Assembly (NCBI GenBank): GCA_003990765.1
Contig: RBNJ01000260.1
Coordinates: forward strand, 1-35,139
Reading direction: 5' to 3'
DNA: 35,139 nt
DNA from: Jimgerdemannia flammicorona
Lineage: Eukaryota
Shown here: positions 23,440 to 35,139 of the stretch, in pieces
How positions within the stretch are numbered: position 1 is the stretch's first letter
Layout of the letters: every line of letters begins with the position of its first letter
The notes under the pieces: generated by a model
Told to the model about the DNA's origin: nothing
The model's database searches: none
The model's input: only the letters and a program-made list of their open reading frames with translations
Program-made: the position numbers and the translations under genes

Positions 23440-25028
23440 CTTGTGACTGTACCTCTGTTGCTTGACCCTGATGACCTCAAGAATGTCAAAGAACTTACTC
23501 GAACTGCGGCCGATACCACCAAATACTATTGGGCCGAATGACAGTGAGACAAGCCGTTACAAGTGAACGGTGTAGTTGTGAAGTACACGCAAAAACTATA
23601 CCAAAAGATCTTCACAGATGAGTAAATAGTATTTTCACAAGGCCAATGCTGCGATAATATCATTGAACGTATTTGGCTATCTTCTCTCTCTTTGACCACG
23701 GTGTCTACTTTGACAGAGGTGAGCTCTTATAACACCAGGATGACTTCTTCATTTGTTATCACTCTAATGGGTTCCTATCGGAATCTTCGCCACCTTTAGA
23801 GGGTTGGTACTCCATCACTCCAGAGAAAATTGCTGCGCACATCGCGAACTAGTGCCGCTGTGACGTCATCATCGATGCCTTCACTGGGTGCGGAGGAAAT
23901 GCCATCCAATTTGCCTTCACGTGTGGAAGAGGTATGTGCCAGTTAGATTGGCGCTCTAGGGGTTCGAATGATTTTTCCATGTTTTTATCTTTTAATTTGA
24001 GGAGAGGAGGGATAAGTATATCAGATTTTTCAGGGTAAATCCATCCTCATTGCATTGTTCATCAACACCTCGCTGCATCTCTCTACAGTCATTGCCATTG
24101 ACATTGACCCCATCAAGCTTCACTGCAATGCCCACATTTACGGCGTCGAAGACCATTCTGGGAGATTACATGGTGCTGGCGCCAAAGCTGAAGGTTTGTG
24201 GCTTTCGGAGAAACATGGGTGGAGCCACCATCACAATGCCATCACGGAGTCTGATTTTCTCGTCGGGCCTATATTTCAATAGGCTAACGCAGTATTCCTG
24301 AACGTGGTCCTGGATCAAAGTATTTGATCTCAAGACCATGATGCCCATGGATGGGTACGTACTTCGCAATTGCGTCTTCCTACCACATATACACAATTGA
24401 CCTTGTGTCCACCCTCTTTTCCCAGGATCCACCTCCACAACCTCACGCCGACGCACATCACGCCTAACATTGCCACGTAACACGGACCCCAGGCAGCTGG
24501 TGAGCCTAGCTGGGCTCAAAGGGACGTGCGAATTGGAACGGAACCGCCTGCAGGACAAAGTCAAAGCCTTTGCGGCGTACTACGAGAGGCTAGTGGGCGT
24601 GACGGTGAGAGATACGGAAATGGGGAAGGGCAATGCTAATGACGGTGAGAAAGGACAGGATTTCGAGCAAGCGAAGGAGGTTGGGGAGCGCAAAAGGTGG
24701 GGGAAGGGCAATGTTAATGGCGGTGAGAAAGAGGTTAGGAAACCTGTTATGAAGGCGTTGAAGCGCAAAAGATGGGAAAACAGGAATGTTAATGGCGATG
24801 AGAAAGAGTCGGATTTCGAACAAGCGGAGGAGGTTAGGGAGCACAAAAGGTGGGAGAAGGGCAATTCTAATGGCAGTGAGAAAGAGGTTTGGAAGTCTGT
24901 TGTGAAACAAAAGATGGAGGGAGGGCAATGTTAATGGCGATGAGAGAAATCAAGTGGAGGAAGTTAGGGAGCCTGTTGTGAGGGCGTTGAAGAAGCGAAA
25001 GCTAGGGAAGGAGAATCGGAATGGCTAG
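23440..25028 (+). pseudogene. TGS1: Trimethylguanosine synthase pseudogene with introns; start approximate
   Basis: EGWYSITPEKIAAHIAN*C, IIDAFTGCGGNAIQFA, VIAIDIDP, LPRNTD, AYY. In-frame stops, frameshifts and loss of the SPPW motif near 24300. Confidence 0.88.
24615..25010 (+). repeat. Coding tandem repeat (~72-78 bp alternating units) in the TGS1 tail
   Basis: About five KRW-x-K-G-N-x-N-G-x-E-K units. Confidence 0.8.
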
Positions 25029-25211
25029 TGGTTTTAGTAAACAGCTGAAATGTAGACAAAAGATAGATATTATCATAGCTCTTTTCTTTTGTTGTGATCA
25101 TGATGATTGCATGTAATAATAGCCCAACGGTGGCGAAGCAACCAATGACCGCTTTTCCTCTCCCAACAAAACCCATTCCACCCCTTTCTACACTTTAGAG
25201 AGCGAAACGAA

Positions 25212-27510
25212 ATGGATCCCACGAACGACACCAATACCCCCAAAGCACCTGTTGAAACCGATGCCCATGAGCACGCTCTCGAGAAAACAGCACAACAACA
25301 GAAACCCCGCAAACGGTTCGTGGGTAAGGCGCGGCGACAGACACAGCAACCGAGTGGTGAGGGCGCCAGCATCGAAGATGGGGCCATGGACGTGCGAAGT
25401 GAGTCAGAAACGAGCGCCGTTTGAGGCTGTTTTCTTGATTTCTGGTTCTCAGGAGATCACCTATTCTCAAACTCTGTCGTTCATAGCCGCGTCCAGATCG
25501 TCAACGAACCGGGTTGTGAATCAGATACCAGACGACATCCTCAACGACACCCTCTTGAACAAGGCTATCGAACAGGTTCGTGTAATGGTCCGTCCTTTGT
25601 ATTTTGTGCATGCCAATAATTGAATTGCATTTATCTGACTTTCGAAACTGTTTGATTGTGCTCAGCTCCCCGCCAATTACAACTTTGAGATTCACAAGAC
25701 CATATGGAAGGTCAGGCAGGCAGAGGCGACGAAAGGTGTGTTATTACACATTCTCAAAGATAGATGAGCGATCGTGTTGAGAAATGATGAATCGGTGTCG
25801 CCGCTTTACTTTCTCAAGTTTCTCACCTATTAACGTCCTCTTATGCAGTTGCTCTCCAATTCCCGGAAGGTCTGTTAATGTTTGCATGCACGATCTCCGA
25901 CCTATTGGAGCGGTATGTTCTTAGAACTCTTTCTATTTTGTTTGATGAACGCAAGAGATGGTATAAATTACAATTAATTACGAATATACATCCGCTATTC
26001 CCACCATCCGCTCAGCTTTTGCAATGCCGACACACTTGTCATGGGCGACGTGACCTACGGCGCTTGCTGTATTGACGACTTCACCGCGCGAGCGCTAGGG
26101 TGCGATTTCCTAGTTCATTACGGACACAGCTGTCTAGGTACGCATACCTTCTTTGCCGAGGCTATCATCATCCTTCGCATTCCGACCATCTAACGTCTCG
26201 ACTGATTCGACCATGCAGTCCCTGTGGATGTGACACCCATCAAGACGCTCTACGTCTTTGTGGACATCAGCATCGACACGCAACACTTCATAGATACGGT
26301 GCGCAAGAATTTCGAGGCGGGAAAACGGTTGGCCGTCGTGGGAACGATCCAGTTTGCGACGGCGATCCAGGTTCGTGACGTGGTTTTGGGTATCAGCGGT
26401 TGTTCTTTTGGATTAATTTGGCCGTGGAAGAAGGTTTCGATGACTGAAACTATAATTGGTGCCTGCGTAGGCCGCGCGAAAGGTGTTGGAGGCCGAGTAC
26501 GGCGTCAATGTCCCGCAGTCAAAACCGTTGTCGCCGGGTGAGATTTTAGGCTGCACATCGCCCAAGCTGACGGATGTGGACACAATAATGTAGGTTTGTC
26601 ACGTAGCGGAGTGGGAGGTTCAATAATTATGGAGGCCTAGGCTCATGTGTTGTTTTTCGTCATCACCATTTAACTCCACCATGCAGATACCTCGGCGACG
26701 GCCGTTTCCATCTCGAGTCCATCATGATTCATAACCCGGACCTCCCCGCATTTCGGTTTGTTTTCGCACGTGCCATTGTACCATTCCGCACCCTTCTTTA
26801 TTTTCGTTCACACTGCCTCTAACCCAAATGAGCCATCTGCTCTCAATCACAGGTACGACCCATATAGCAAGAAGTTCACGCGGGAATGGTACGACCACGC
26901 CGACATGCTCGCGATGCGCAAACACGCCATCGACACGGCCAAGAAGGCGGACAAGTTCGGGCTGATTCTGGGGACGTTGGGAAGGCAGGGGAGCCCCAAG
27001 ATTATGGAGGTACGTGCACCTTTCTGGTTGTATCATTTTGGGGGAGGGGGTCCAATTTTAATTGTATTGCGTGCCCTGCTTGATATCCCGTAAACACCTT
27101 TGATTTAGTATATGGAAGAGAGGATCAAGGCCGCCGGCAAGGACCACGTAACCGTCCTGTTATCCGAGATCTTCCCGGGCAAGCTCGCCGAATTCGCTGA
27201 CGTGGACGCGTAAGTCGCTACATGTCTATATAAGCTTCTTAACCAAATCTCCTTCTCTCCTCGTAACTCTAACTCCTCTTACGTAACCACCCCATCTAGC
27301 TGGATCCAAATCGCGTGCCCGCGTCTCTCCATCGACTGGGGCTACGCCTTCCCGAAGCCGCTGCTCACGCCGTATGAGGCCTCGGTTGTGTTCGAGAGCG
27401 CCGAGTGGCGCGACGTATACCCCATGGATTTCTACGCCAACGAATCCCCAGGGCCGTGGACCGTCAATCATGGACGGAATATTAGGAAGCCTAAGGTCGG
27501 ACAGGCGTAG
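25212..27510 (+). CDS. DPH1: Diphthamide biosynthesis protein 1, about 11 exons
   Basis: [94 protein letters not shown] introns; TAG ends at 27510. Confidence 0.96.
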
Positions 27511-27957
27511 AGAGGTATAGTTGGGCAGATTGAGTCGTGGTGGGTCCGTCGTGCATGTCTGGGTGGGGGAAATTAAACGATGTTGATCTGGCGTATCAAC
27601 TTTGATGAATGTGCCATGTTGAGGAGTCTTTCAAAATTTAGCCCTAAGCTCTTCGCAAAGAGAGAAATGACTTTCTTCCCTTAAGTTTTGGGTGAAATGA
27701 TCTATTGTACGACGATAAATAAAAGAGATGTAATTATGTCTAGAAAAATCTAATGATGGATCAACAGACAAAATAGCCTCGCTAGAGATTAAAATCGGCT
27801 CGGATTCTTGACAAACCGTTTAGATGAACTGGGGGGAAATTCCGTAGCGAAAACGCAATGAGAAAAAATAACCCGTCGCCCTCACACCATCTCCACCCTC
27901 CGATTTACGGCCACCCAGGTATTAGCACCCCGCCCCACCACACAAATCAACCCCACA

Positions 27958-29638
27958 TCACTCCCTCTTCCCTATCCCTACTCGACTCCGCGTCCTCCTC
28001 GCTAGCGCCGGGGTTGGTGCCGCCCCAGCGACGGTATAATAGGCACTCATACCGTCCTCGACGTGATTCTCGACGCCACAGTGGATCAACCAGCGGCCGA
28101 CGTTGTCGGGAACCATGTCGACGGTGCGGAAGCTGGCAGGGAGAAGTTCGACCTGGCGAGGGTGAGGGAATTGTGGTCAATGAAGAGGGTTCCAGAATTC
28201 GAGATGAATGTCCCAACCTCTCATTCACAGCGAACCTAACTCAACCTACCGCATCAACACGATGTTGATCGTACAACAGCGTGTTCCCGTGGAACACAGC
28301 CGTGTGCAGGTCAACCTCGGTTCCCCATCCGAGCAGGTAGAACCGGACGCGGTCGCCAGCGAGGGTGTCCAGCCCACGGAGGTTTGCGAACAGCAGGCCG
28401 TTAATGGCGTGCTTCTGGTTCGATTCTTCGAAGGCTGCGCGGTCCGATGGTTCAGCGGGGAGGCCGGCGCGTTCTAAGTTGAGGGACATGTACTGGGATT
28501 CGTTCTCGTCGACGACTATGTAGGTGGAGAAGGATGATTGTTAGTTGAGAGAATGTATATCGAAGTGCGGGGAACGGATGTGTCGGATGGGAAGTCTTAC
28601 CTAGGAAAGAGAGGACAAACTCCTCCTCGAAGTTTTTGTGCTTGTTTTGTGCTGTGTCTAGAAGACCTTTTTTGTAGATGATGATGGCACCGGTCAAGCC
28701 AGCGTACCTATATATAAAAAACAAATCAGAAATCTGCGCACAATGGCGAAATACTGACGAGAGAGGCCCGGCGTCCACCTCCGACCAAAATGAAAAACCG
28801 CAAATATTTCACTCACAAGTCCTTATGATCCGTCACATGCGAGTGATATCCCCACACGATGGAATCCACGTCCGCCGGTCCCGGTCCCGACCGCTCGGGA
28901 ACTGACCAAGTGTATTTGTACCGGCCATTGGGCGGAACGACCGAGCCAGTCTGTGATCCCTCGTAGAGCGCGCCTTCGTTGTCGAGCGTATAGAGAACGC
29001 CCTGGTGGATCAAGGCATGATACGCTTATGTGGTTAAGAACATGTTCAAAAGAAATATAGAAAAAGAGAGAGAGAGAGGAAACCTTCAATGAAAGATCAG
29101 CGCTCACGTGGGGGTGCATGGAGAAGTTGTACCGGGCGCGGTTCCAGAAGTTGACCTCGATCTTGTCGCCGACCTCGGCGCGGAGGATCGGGCCCAAGTA
29201 ACCACTCCATGCGGGCCGCTCGGCGAGGGTGTTGAAGGTCGCGTCTGTATACTCGCGATAGAGGGCCTTGAGGTACTTTGTACCTATGGTGTGGTCGGCT
29301 GGGTAAAGCGAGTAGAGGGAAGGGGGAAGGGGGGGGGAGACGGCAATGAGCGACGGGCGTGTTACCCCTCCTTTCGCGCCCAAAACTCGGAGGCCAAAGA
29401 CGAGGCAGCTCGACTCACTTTTAACGGTCCAAGTGGCGGTCTCTAGGTCGGCGAGCGACACGTTGCGAAAGAGGTCGTATCCCGAGGGCGCGTAGTCCCA
29501 CTCGACCTCTTCGGCGGCGACGTAGTACCGCCGGACGACACCGGTGGTATCGTTCGCGGCGGGGTACGCAGAAGGGGCTTGCTGGATGGAGGTGGGGACG
29601 AGTGCGGCGATGATGAGTAAGGTTGCAGTCAGCCTCAT
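27958..29638 (-). CDS. Secreted two-domain ceruloplasmin/hephaestin-like cupredoxin (multicopper oxidase family), 387 aa
   Basis: Exons 29638-29419, 29298-29108, 29001-28817, 28707-28601, 28515-28250, 28152-27958 total 1164 nt. Hydrophobic N-terminus; RRYYVAAEEVEWDYAP, GPILRAEVGD, SMHPHG, WGYHSH, DLHTAVFHG, HCGVENHVEDGM. Confidence 0.9.
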
Positions 29639-29898
29639 TGATTGGAAGAAGGGTGGCTTTTCGTCGAGACAAGAAGCAATTAATTGCATTCTGCCATTTC
29701 AGGTTGGTCGAACTAATCACACCACTTTCTCAATGGAGTGAGGTGAGCGTTTAGCGTACCATTTTTATATTTTTATTAGGCACTGGTGCCTTACTTGAAC
29801 GTATACAGAACTTGAAAGGTTTCTTAGATGATTCTAATGCTGCTATAGTAATGAAGCCGATCTATGTACTTTGAGAGTGCTAAACACCATCCACTTCC

Positions 29899-30571
29899 TT
29901 ACCACATCTCCCACCTCTCCGCCTTTCTCCAATTCTCCGCCTGTTCCCACTTCTCCATCCACACCAACCTCTTCGCCCCGAAATCCACCAACGCCCTCGA
30001 GTAAATGTCGTGGAACCGCAACATAACTTTCGACGCCCCTATCCCATGCGCCTTGTCCGTAACCTCAGAGCTGACCCAAAATACACCTCCACGATCCCCT
30101 CCGCCTTCACCTCCGTCCCCAACACCTGCCATCCACCCGCAATATGCTTCTGCGTCTTCTCAACCTCTCAGGCATCTCCCACCTCAACAGCACCTCATCC
30201 TCGTTCCTTTCCTTCACCACAAACATCCCCGCCCCAACCGCATCCCCTTCCACAAACTGCAGCTTCCCCGGCCTCTGGCCTCGGACGCCATCACCACCGC
30301 TCATTTCAAGCATGTGCTTCTCGAAGGCGAACCCGGTCGAGCCCCAGAACGCCCGCGCCCAGCGCGTGGTCAGGTTGTCCGCCGCGGACGGGCCCGAGTC
30401 GGCGCGGAGGGCGGACGTTGGGATTTGCACACGGTAAGTGTCGCGCGTCGTCTGGCTTGGCTGGTCGGGAAGTTTCGCGAGGAGCGAGGTCGACCCGGGA
30501 GACATGCAAAGCGCGCCGCCGGTGACGGCGGCGGCTGTTGCGGTGAAGAGGATAGTGCTGGGGCGTGGCAT
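29899..30571 (-). pseudogene. Hypothetical protein gene apparently broken by two frameshifts
   Basis: GC-rich, coding-like sequence. MPRPSTILF...EVLLRWEMPE, GGWQVLG...VEVYFGSA and LRFHDIYSRALVDFGAKRL lie in three different frames with no convincing introns. Confidence 0.5.
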
Positions 30572-31300
30572 TTGAGCTTTGGGAGGGCTGTATATTGTAT
30601 GTGGGAGGTTATTGATTTTTTTAAATCTGTGGATTGACGCGAAATTGCCACCCAGACATGAATCATTTCCTGGTGTAGCCTGATTCATCCGAAATTGAGG
30701 GCAGTATGTCATCTCTTCGCTTATATTCACTTTTCAATAAATGTGCCACAGCCCGAAATATCGGCACCTTTGTAACAACCACAACACACACAACCATCGG
30801 ATTTCCGTGTTGGGTGATGTTCAATCATCGACCAGCGAGACAACAAAAGCAGAAAATGCGTATGAATACAGGTGCAGGGACTCTACAAAGAACGTTGGAC
30901 AGAGGCGATAGAAAAGATGGGAGGTTGGACGAGATAAATCACCCCTCCCTCCTCCCCCCTCCCAAAAAAAAAAAAAAAAAAAAAACTAAGAAACGAGATG
31001 ATGGGGAAACACAATCAAAGTACACAAAGGCAACCAAACCAACCCACAGAAACCCCACAGAAAAACAACAAATAAGTAGGCTACCATCAAAAGTAGGTCG
31101 GCAACGTTCTCGAGACCAGTCTCGTCGCGGGTAAACCGGAAACTGACGGCAAGACGTGGGTAACAATCTCAAAGCGATTGAATATATAGATACAAAGAAG
31201 GTCGTGGGAAGGGCGAGAGGCAAACCTCGGAATCCAACAACCCACACAAATAAAACACCAAAACCGAGCGTCCACAAAAACCACGCCATCCCTACTATCC

Positions 31301-32641
31301 TCATAGCGAGTTACGCTTTGGCGGCTGACTTCCGGCAACCTTATTTCCGACGATCTCGACGGGCGTCCCCATGACCTCAGCCCTCCTCTCCCTCCTTGCC
31401 ACCTGTGCATGCATCTGGGCGACAAGCTCCCTTTCCCTCTGCCTCTCGCGCTCGAGCATCATGTGGGCGCGAACCTCGGCCATGCTTTGCCTTTCGAGCG
31501 CGCGGCCCACGTGCTCGGCATAGTGCACAATGAACTCGGCCTGGCGCATCGTCTCGATCGCCTTGGGCGAGCGCCGCATCCGCACTAGCCGGATTGCTCG
31601 TTCGGGGCTCAGGCAGTATAGGTTTTTGAGGAACCAGCAGCAGGCAAAGAGACCCGCACGGCCGACGCCTGGTAGGAAGTTTGGAAGGAGAATGGTAGGT
31701 CGGAGGGTGAGGATTCCGTGGGATGCTTGGTTTCTGGTTTACAAGATTTTCTTTCTCGCAGATAAGATCTGGTTCCATCACCTCCACCCCGATCCAACCA
31801 CGCGCAAAAAAGAAAAAAAAAAAAACTCACCACCGCGGCAATGTGCCAGCACGTTTTGGCCGGTCTTCATCCGTTCGCTGACTTCGTCCACAATGGCGTC
31901 GATCCCTTCCACGTTTTCCGGGCAGCTACCCTCGATCATGGGCAGGCGAATGATATCGATGTTGTTCTTGGTTGCGAGTTCGTAGTACTTAGGCCAGGGG
32001 GCACCGAGGAACGCAAGCTCGGAGTCGTTGAGACAGCTGGCAGCGTGAGGGATGTTAGAATGTTGAGCGTGGATTCCAATATTGAACAATGCACGTATAT
32101 ATACACCCAAACGAAATGCAAGCAACTCACCAAACGACGGTGGTAATCCCAAAAGATCTTAGACGCTGGAAATCGAGGTCGAGGTCGCGGTTAATCGATG
32201 CACGACCTCTAACGGGCCCGTTCAGGCGGACCTTCTTTCCCGGGCACGAGCTGAGGGCGAGGTTCCCGATGAATCCGCCCATACGCTTCGTGGTATCTGC
32301 AGAGGCGAGGGCATCGGCTATACGGCCAGCCTCGAGCTCGTAGGCGGCCGGGTTAGTCAGGAGGTCGAAGAGGTCGATGTTTTCGGGGAGCCGTGTCGCG
32401 GTTAAGTAGGGGATGTGCTCATCGGGGATCATCCAGCTGATGCTGCAGGAGGGGATGGTTTGGGCGGACTTAGTTTCGCCGTGTGATTGCTGTCGGGATG
32501 GAATATGAAGTGTTGAAGGGTAACGAAGGCGACTTACTTGATAGGGTGTGTCAACGAGTTCTTTGGTATGACGACGGCGTGGCCGTCTGAGGAGTGGGCC
32601 TGGGTGGGATAGACGGGAGGCATAGAGTCGACGGAGGACAT
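31301..32641 (-). CDS. CDKN3-like dual-specificity/PTP-fold phosphatase, 4 exons
   Basis: Exons 32641-32538, 32442-32131, 32036-31831, 31668-31301. KNSLTHPINIS, GNLALSSCPGKK, RDLDLDF, catalytic HCRGGVGRAG (CX5R), AIETMRQ. Confidence 0.9.
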
Positions 32642-34857
32642 TGTGATGTTTGGGGAAGAAAAAGGGGGGGGGGGGGGGGAGAGAGGTTGGAAGGTTGAGG
32701 GTTCTTATTTTACGGAAGTAAGGTATGGAAAGATGCAGCCACATAACAATGGCCTCAGTTTAGAATAATCAATCAGATATCGCCGCACCGCTTCCTGATT
32801 GGTCGACCCATCGCCGTTCAGACCCACCTCTCCTTCCGCCACAGGCCACACCTTGCCACACCAACTTCCGCCTCTGCCACCCTGTATGTCCGAACCCCGC
32901 CCGATACCCCTATCCCCGGGGTCCGCCCTCGCTTAGAGTTGCTTTGTTTATGCCTCCCCTTCCGTGTGTGCCACGAGGGCTTATCACCGCCGGTCTTTCT
33001 GGTCACATGGTGGTACCCCCATCCATGGACCTTGACCGGCTATTATATTTGCCCATCTGTTTGTCATTCTCTCCCGTTTCCTTTTGTTGAACGGCAAGCG
33101 CGCTCCGATAGGACCTCGAGCTGCTGACCTCATCTCAGTTCATGATTTTTCCCCCACATCTCAACTCAGTCAATCATTCATGCAAGGGAATGTGATCATT
33201 CCGAAAACGTTTATTTCACAGGCAACATTACCTGCGGAGTTTCCAGATTCAATATCCACCTCTCCTTCGGGAGGGCCCTGAACGACATCTGTCCTTCCTC
33301 CCCCCGGTTTTTGTCCTTGTGAAACTGGGAAAGGTTAAAAGCGATCTAGACAAAAGTTGAAAGGTCAAATGTCAGGATGCAAATTGTCCCCACGTCAAGA
33401 TTCGTCCAATAATGAAGCTTCGAGAATCATCCTTATCTACACAAGCACATTTGACATACCTTCCCAAATCCGCAATTCAAAAAGACTCTTGGCTTCATAT
33501 GTACGAGTATGTGATGAAGTTACGCCCAATATCACCTGTCACGTCGCACAGCAGCGTGACGTACCAGTACATATTCCACTCCCATTTTCCCTGACTAGCT
33601 TGAAAGAGGAAATGTTTTCACCTTCCCAATGTTTCTACGTCAGGATCGTTGATGCTTTTGCCTGATCTGTAAATCGAGAACTATCACCCTTGAATAAATG
33701 TAACAACTGCACTAATAAGGGCCGAGAATGATAAGCCTATAATTTCATGATAATATTAGATCATTAATGTGTATTAGGGGGGACCAGCAAAACTAGAACA
33801 GGGGTACCTAATACTCGATCCTTGATGTCACCGAAGCGTTTGCATATACAATCCCCACGGACACGGGGCGAAGACCTGGAAGCTGATGGAGTACAGGGCG
33901 TTGATGTTTTTACTGCGGCACTGGGCAATGCAGTCCTGATCATCAACGTATCTGCGCAGGAGCCGATGGGAGGGAGGCAAACAGAGTATCCCCTATTGGA
34001 TGAGAGGTATCGCTGATATTCCTGTTGTAGGAGTAATCCATCACGCATTGCCAAGATCCTGAAGCTGGAAACTGATGGAAACAAAGGCACTGAGAAACTT
34101 ATGGCACAGGTTGGCTGACAGGTACTACAGCCAAAGCTTTAGGAAACAAGCATTCATGCAATTCCCACGATGGATGTGGGTAGGTTATCGTGTTGGGGAA
34201 GCCTACAGAAGTGCACTTTGGAGTTATGCAAGCTTTGGGTGTAAGCGGAACAAACAAAAGACCTAATTCTTGCCTTCAAGAATTTCTTACCTCCGGACCT
34301 TAGGCAATAGACCCCGAACCCTTCAAAAATGTGTTTGGGGGCCACGAAAGTCTTGGGTATAAGTAGGGAGGGACTAAGAATTTATAGAGATCTCTGCGAT
34401 GACGTCCTAGGAGCACCTTATGCAAAGCATGGGACGGATTCGGATGCCTGCAGAACAGAGTGAACGTGTCAGAGCTTCACCGGGAGTTAAACTAGGCACA
34501 TGCAATTTCAAAATAGCAAACACATCATGTACTTCTTGGCTTCATATCCGCCCATCAACGTTGAAGCAATGCATCTGAAACCACAGAAGCCTCAGAGCAA
34601 TGGGAAAAAAAAAAAAAAACATGCAAACCTTACGTTTCACACTGTGCTTCATAGCCCGGCCATCACGCCACTCAAAGCCTTTGGTGATGTGAGAATCCGT
34701 GCATGGAGGTGATGTCCCCGATTGATCGTCGGAGCGCATGCAAGGAGCCCGAGTGCGATGACGAAGATGCATCCCCCTCGGCGTGTGGGCCGTGCGGCAC
34801 ATTCAAAAAAAGATGCGTCTCTTTCAAACCGTCTTTTCATGCAGAGTTGAGGTTAAG

Positions 34858-34888
<31 letters not shown>

Positions 34889-35057
34889 CCGAGTTGTGTG
34901 CGGAGTTCTGATAGGTTGCAGTGCTTGGAGACGGAGATTTATTTTTTGTTTTCTCTTTTAGTTTGCGCGTGCCTGCCCCGACATACATATTGGAAGATTG
35001 TGGGAAGTGATGGTAGAAGGCAACTAACGGAAGCCTTCTTGTAGTTGCAAAACCATG

Positions 35058-35112
35058 AAAGCATCACACATGTTTAAATAACGCATGTGTGATGCTTTAA
35101 AGCATGTGTGAT
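35058..35112. repeat. Perfect 15-bp inverted repeat plus a partial third copy
   Basis: AAAGCATCACACATG (35058-35072) pairs with CATGTGTGATGCTTT (35084-35098); GCATGTGTGAT recurs at 35102-35112. Confidence 0.7.
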
Positions 35113-35139
35113 TTTTTTTTTTTTTTAAAAAAAAAAAAA

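Noticed and set aside
30005..30637. Plus-strand ORFs of 97-210 aa
   Set aside because: Antisense to the GC-rich minus-strand coding-like region.
22587..32641. Functional gene cluster
   Set aside because: The genes have unrelated functions and mixed orientation; nothing indicates a shared pathway.
33764..34345. Cys-rich fragments on the minus strand (DCIAQCRSK, GDCICK)
   Set aside because: Scattered over different frames with no consistent gene model; could be a decayed secreted-protein gene but is not supportable.
34858..34886. Poly-A runs as retroposon tails or poly-Lys proteins
   Set aside because: No TSD or element body; homopolymers are common throughout the intergenic and intronic DNA here.

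Overview
Eukaryotic, intron-rich DNA that looks fungal (an early-diverging Mucoromycota-type fungus is my inference, not proven). It has two sharply different halves. Bases 1 to ~22,090 are a nested transposon graveyard almost devoid of CpG. L1-like LINE remnants are interrupted by LTR element A (108-8132, +, ~2.1 kb LTRs, TSD TGGCC). A hAT DNA transposon is interrupted by LTR element B (12207-18222, -, ~0.4 kb LTRs, TSD GATAA). Both LTR elements are chromodomain-bearing Ty3/Gypsy types with a dUTPase between the Gag zinc knuckle and the protease. Element A also carries a reconstructable 365-aa ORF inside each LTR, has two weaker extra frames, and has lost RT/RNaseH/integrase core by an in-frame deletion. 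LTR pairs differ almost only by C/T and G/A transitions, which resembles RIP. From ~22,090 CpG content is normal and there are host genes: a DUF202 membrane protein, a TGS1 pseudogene, DPH1, a secreted two-domain ceruloplasmin-like cupredoxin with an incomplete trinuclear site, a frameshifted hypothetical gene and a CX5R phosphatase. All alignments and translations were done by hand, so domain edges are approximate.
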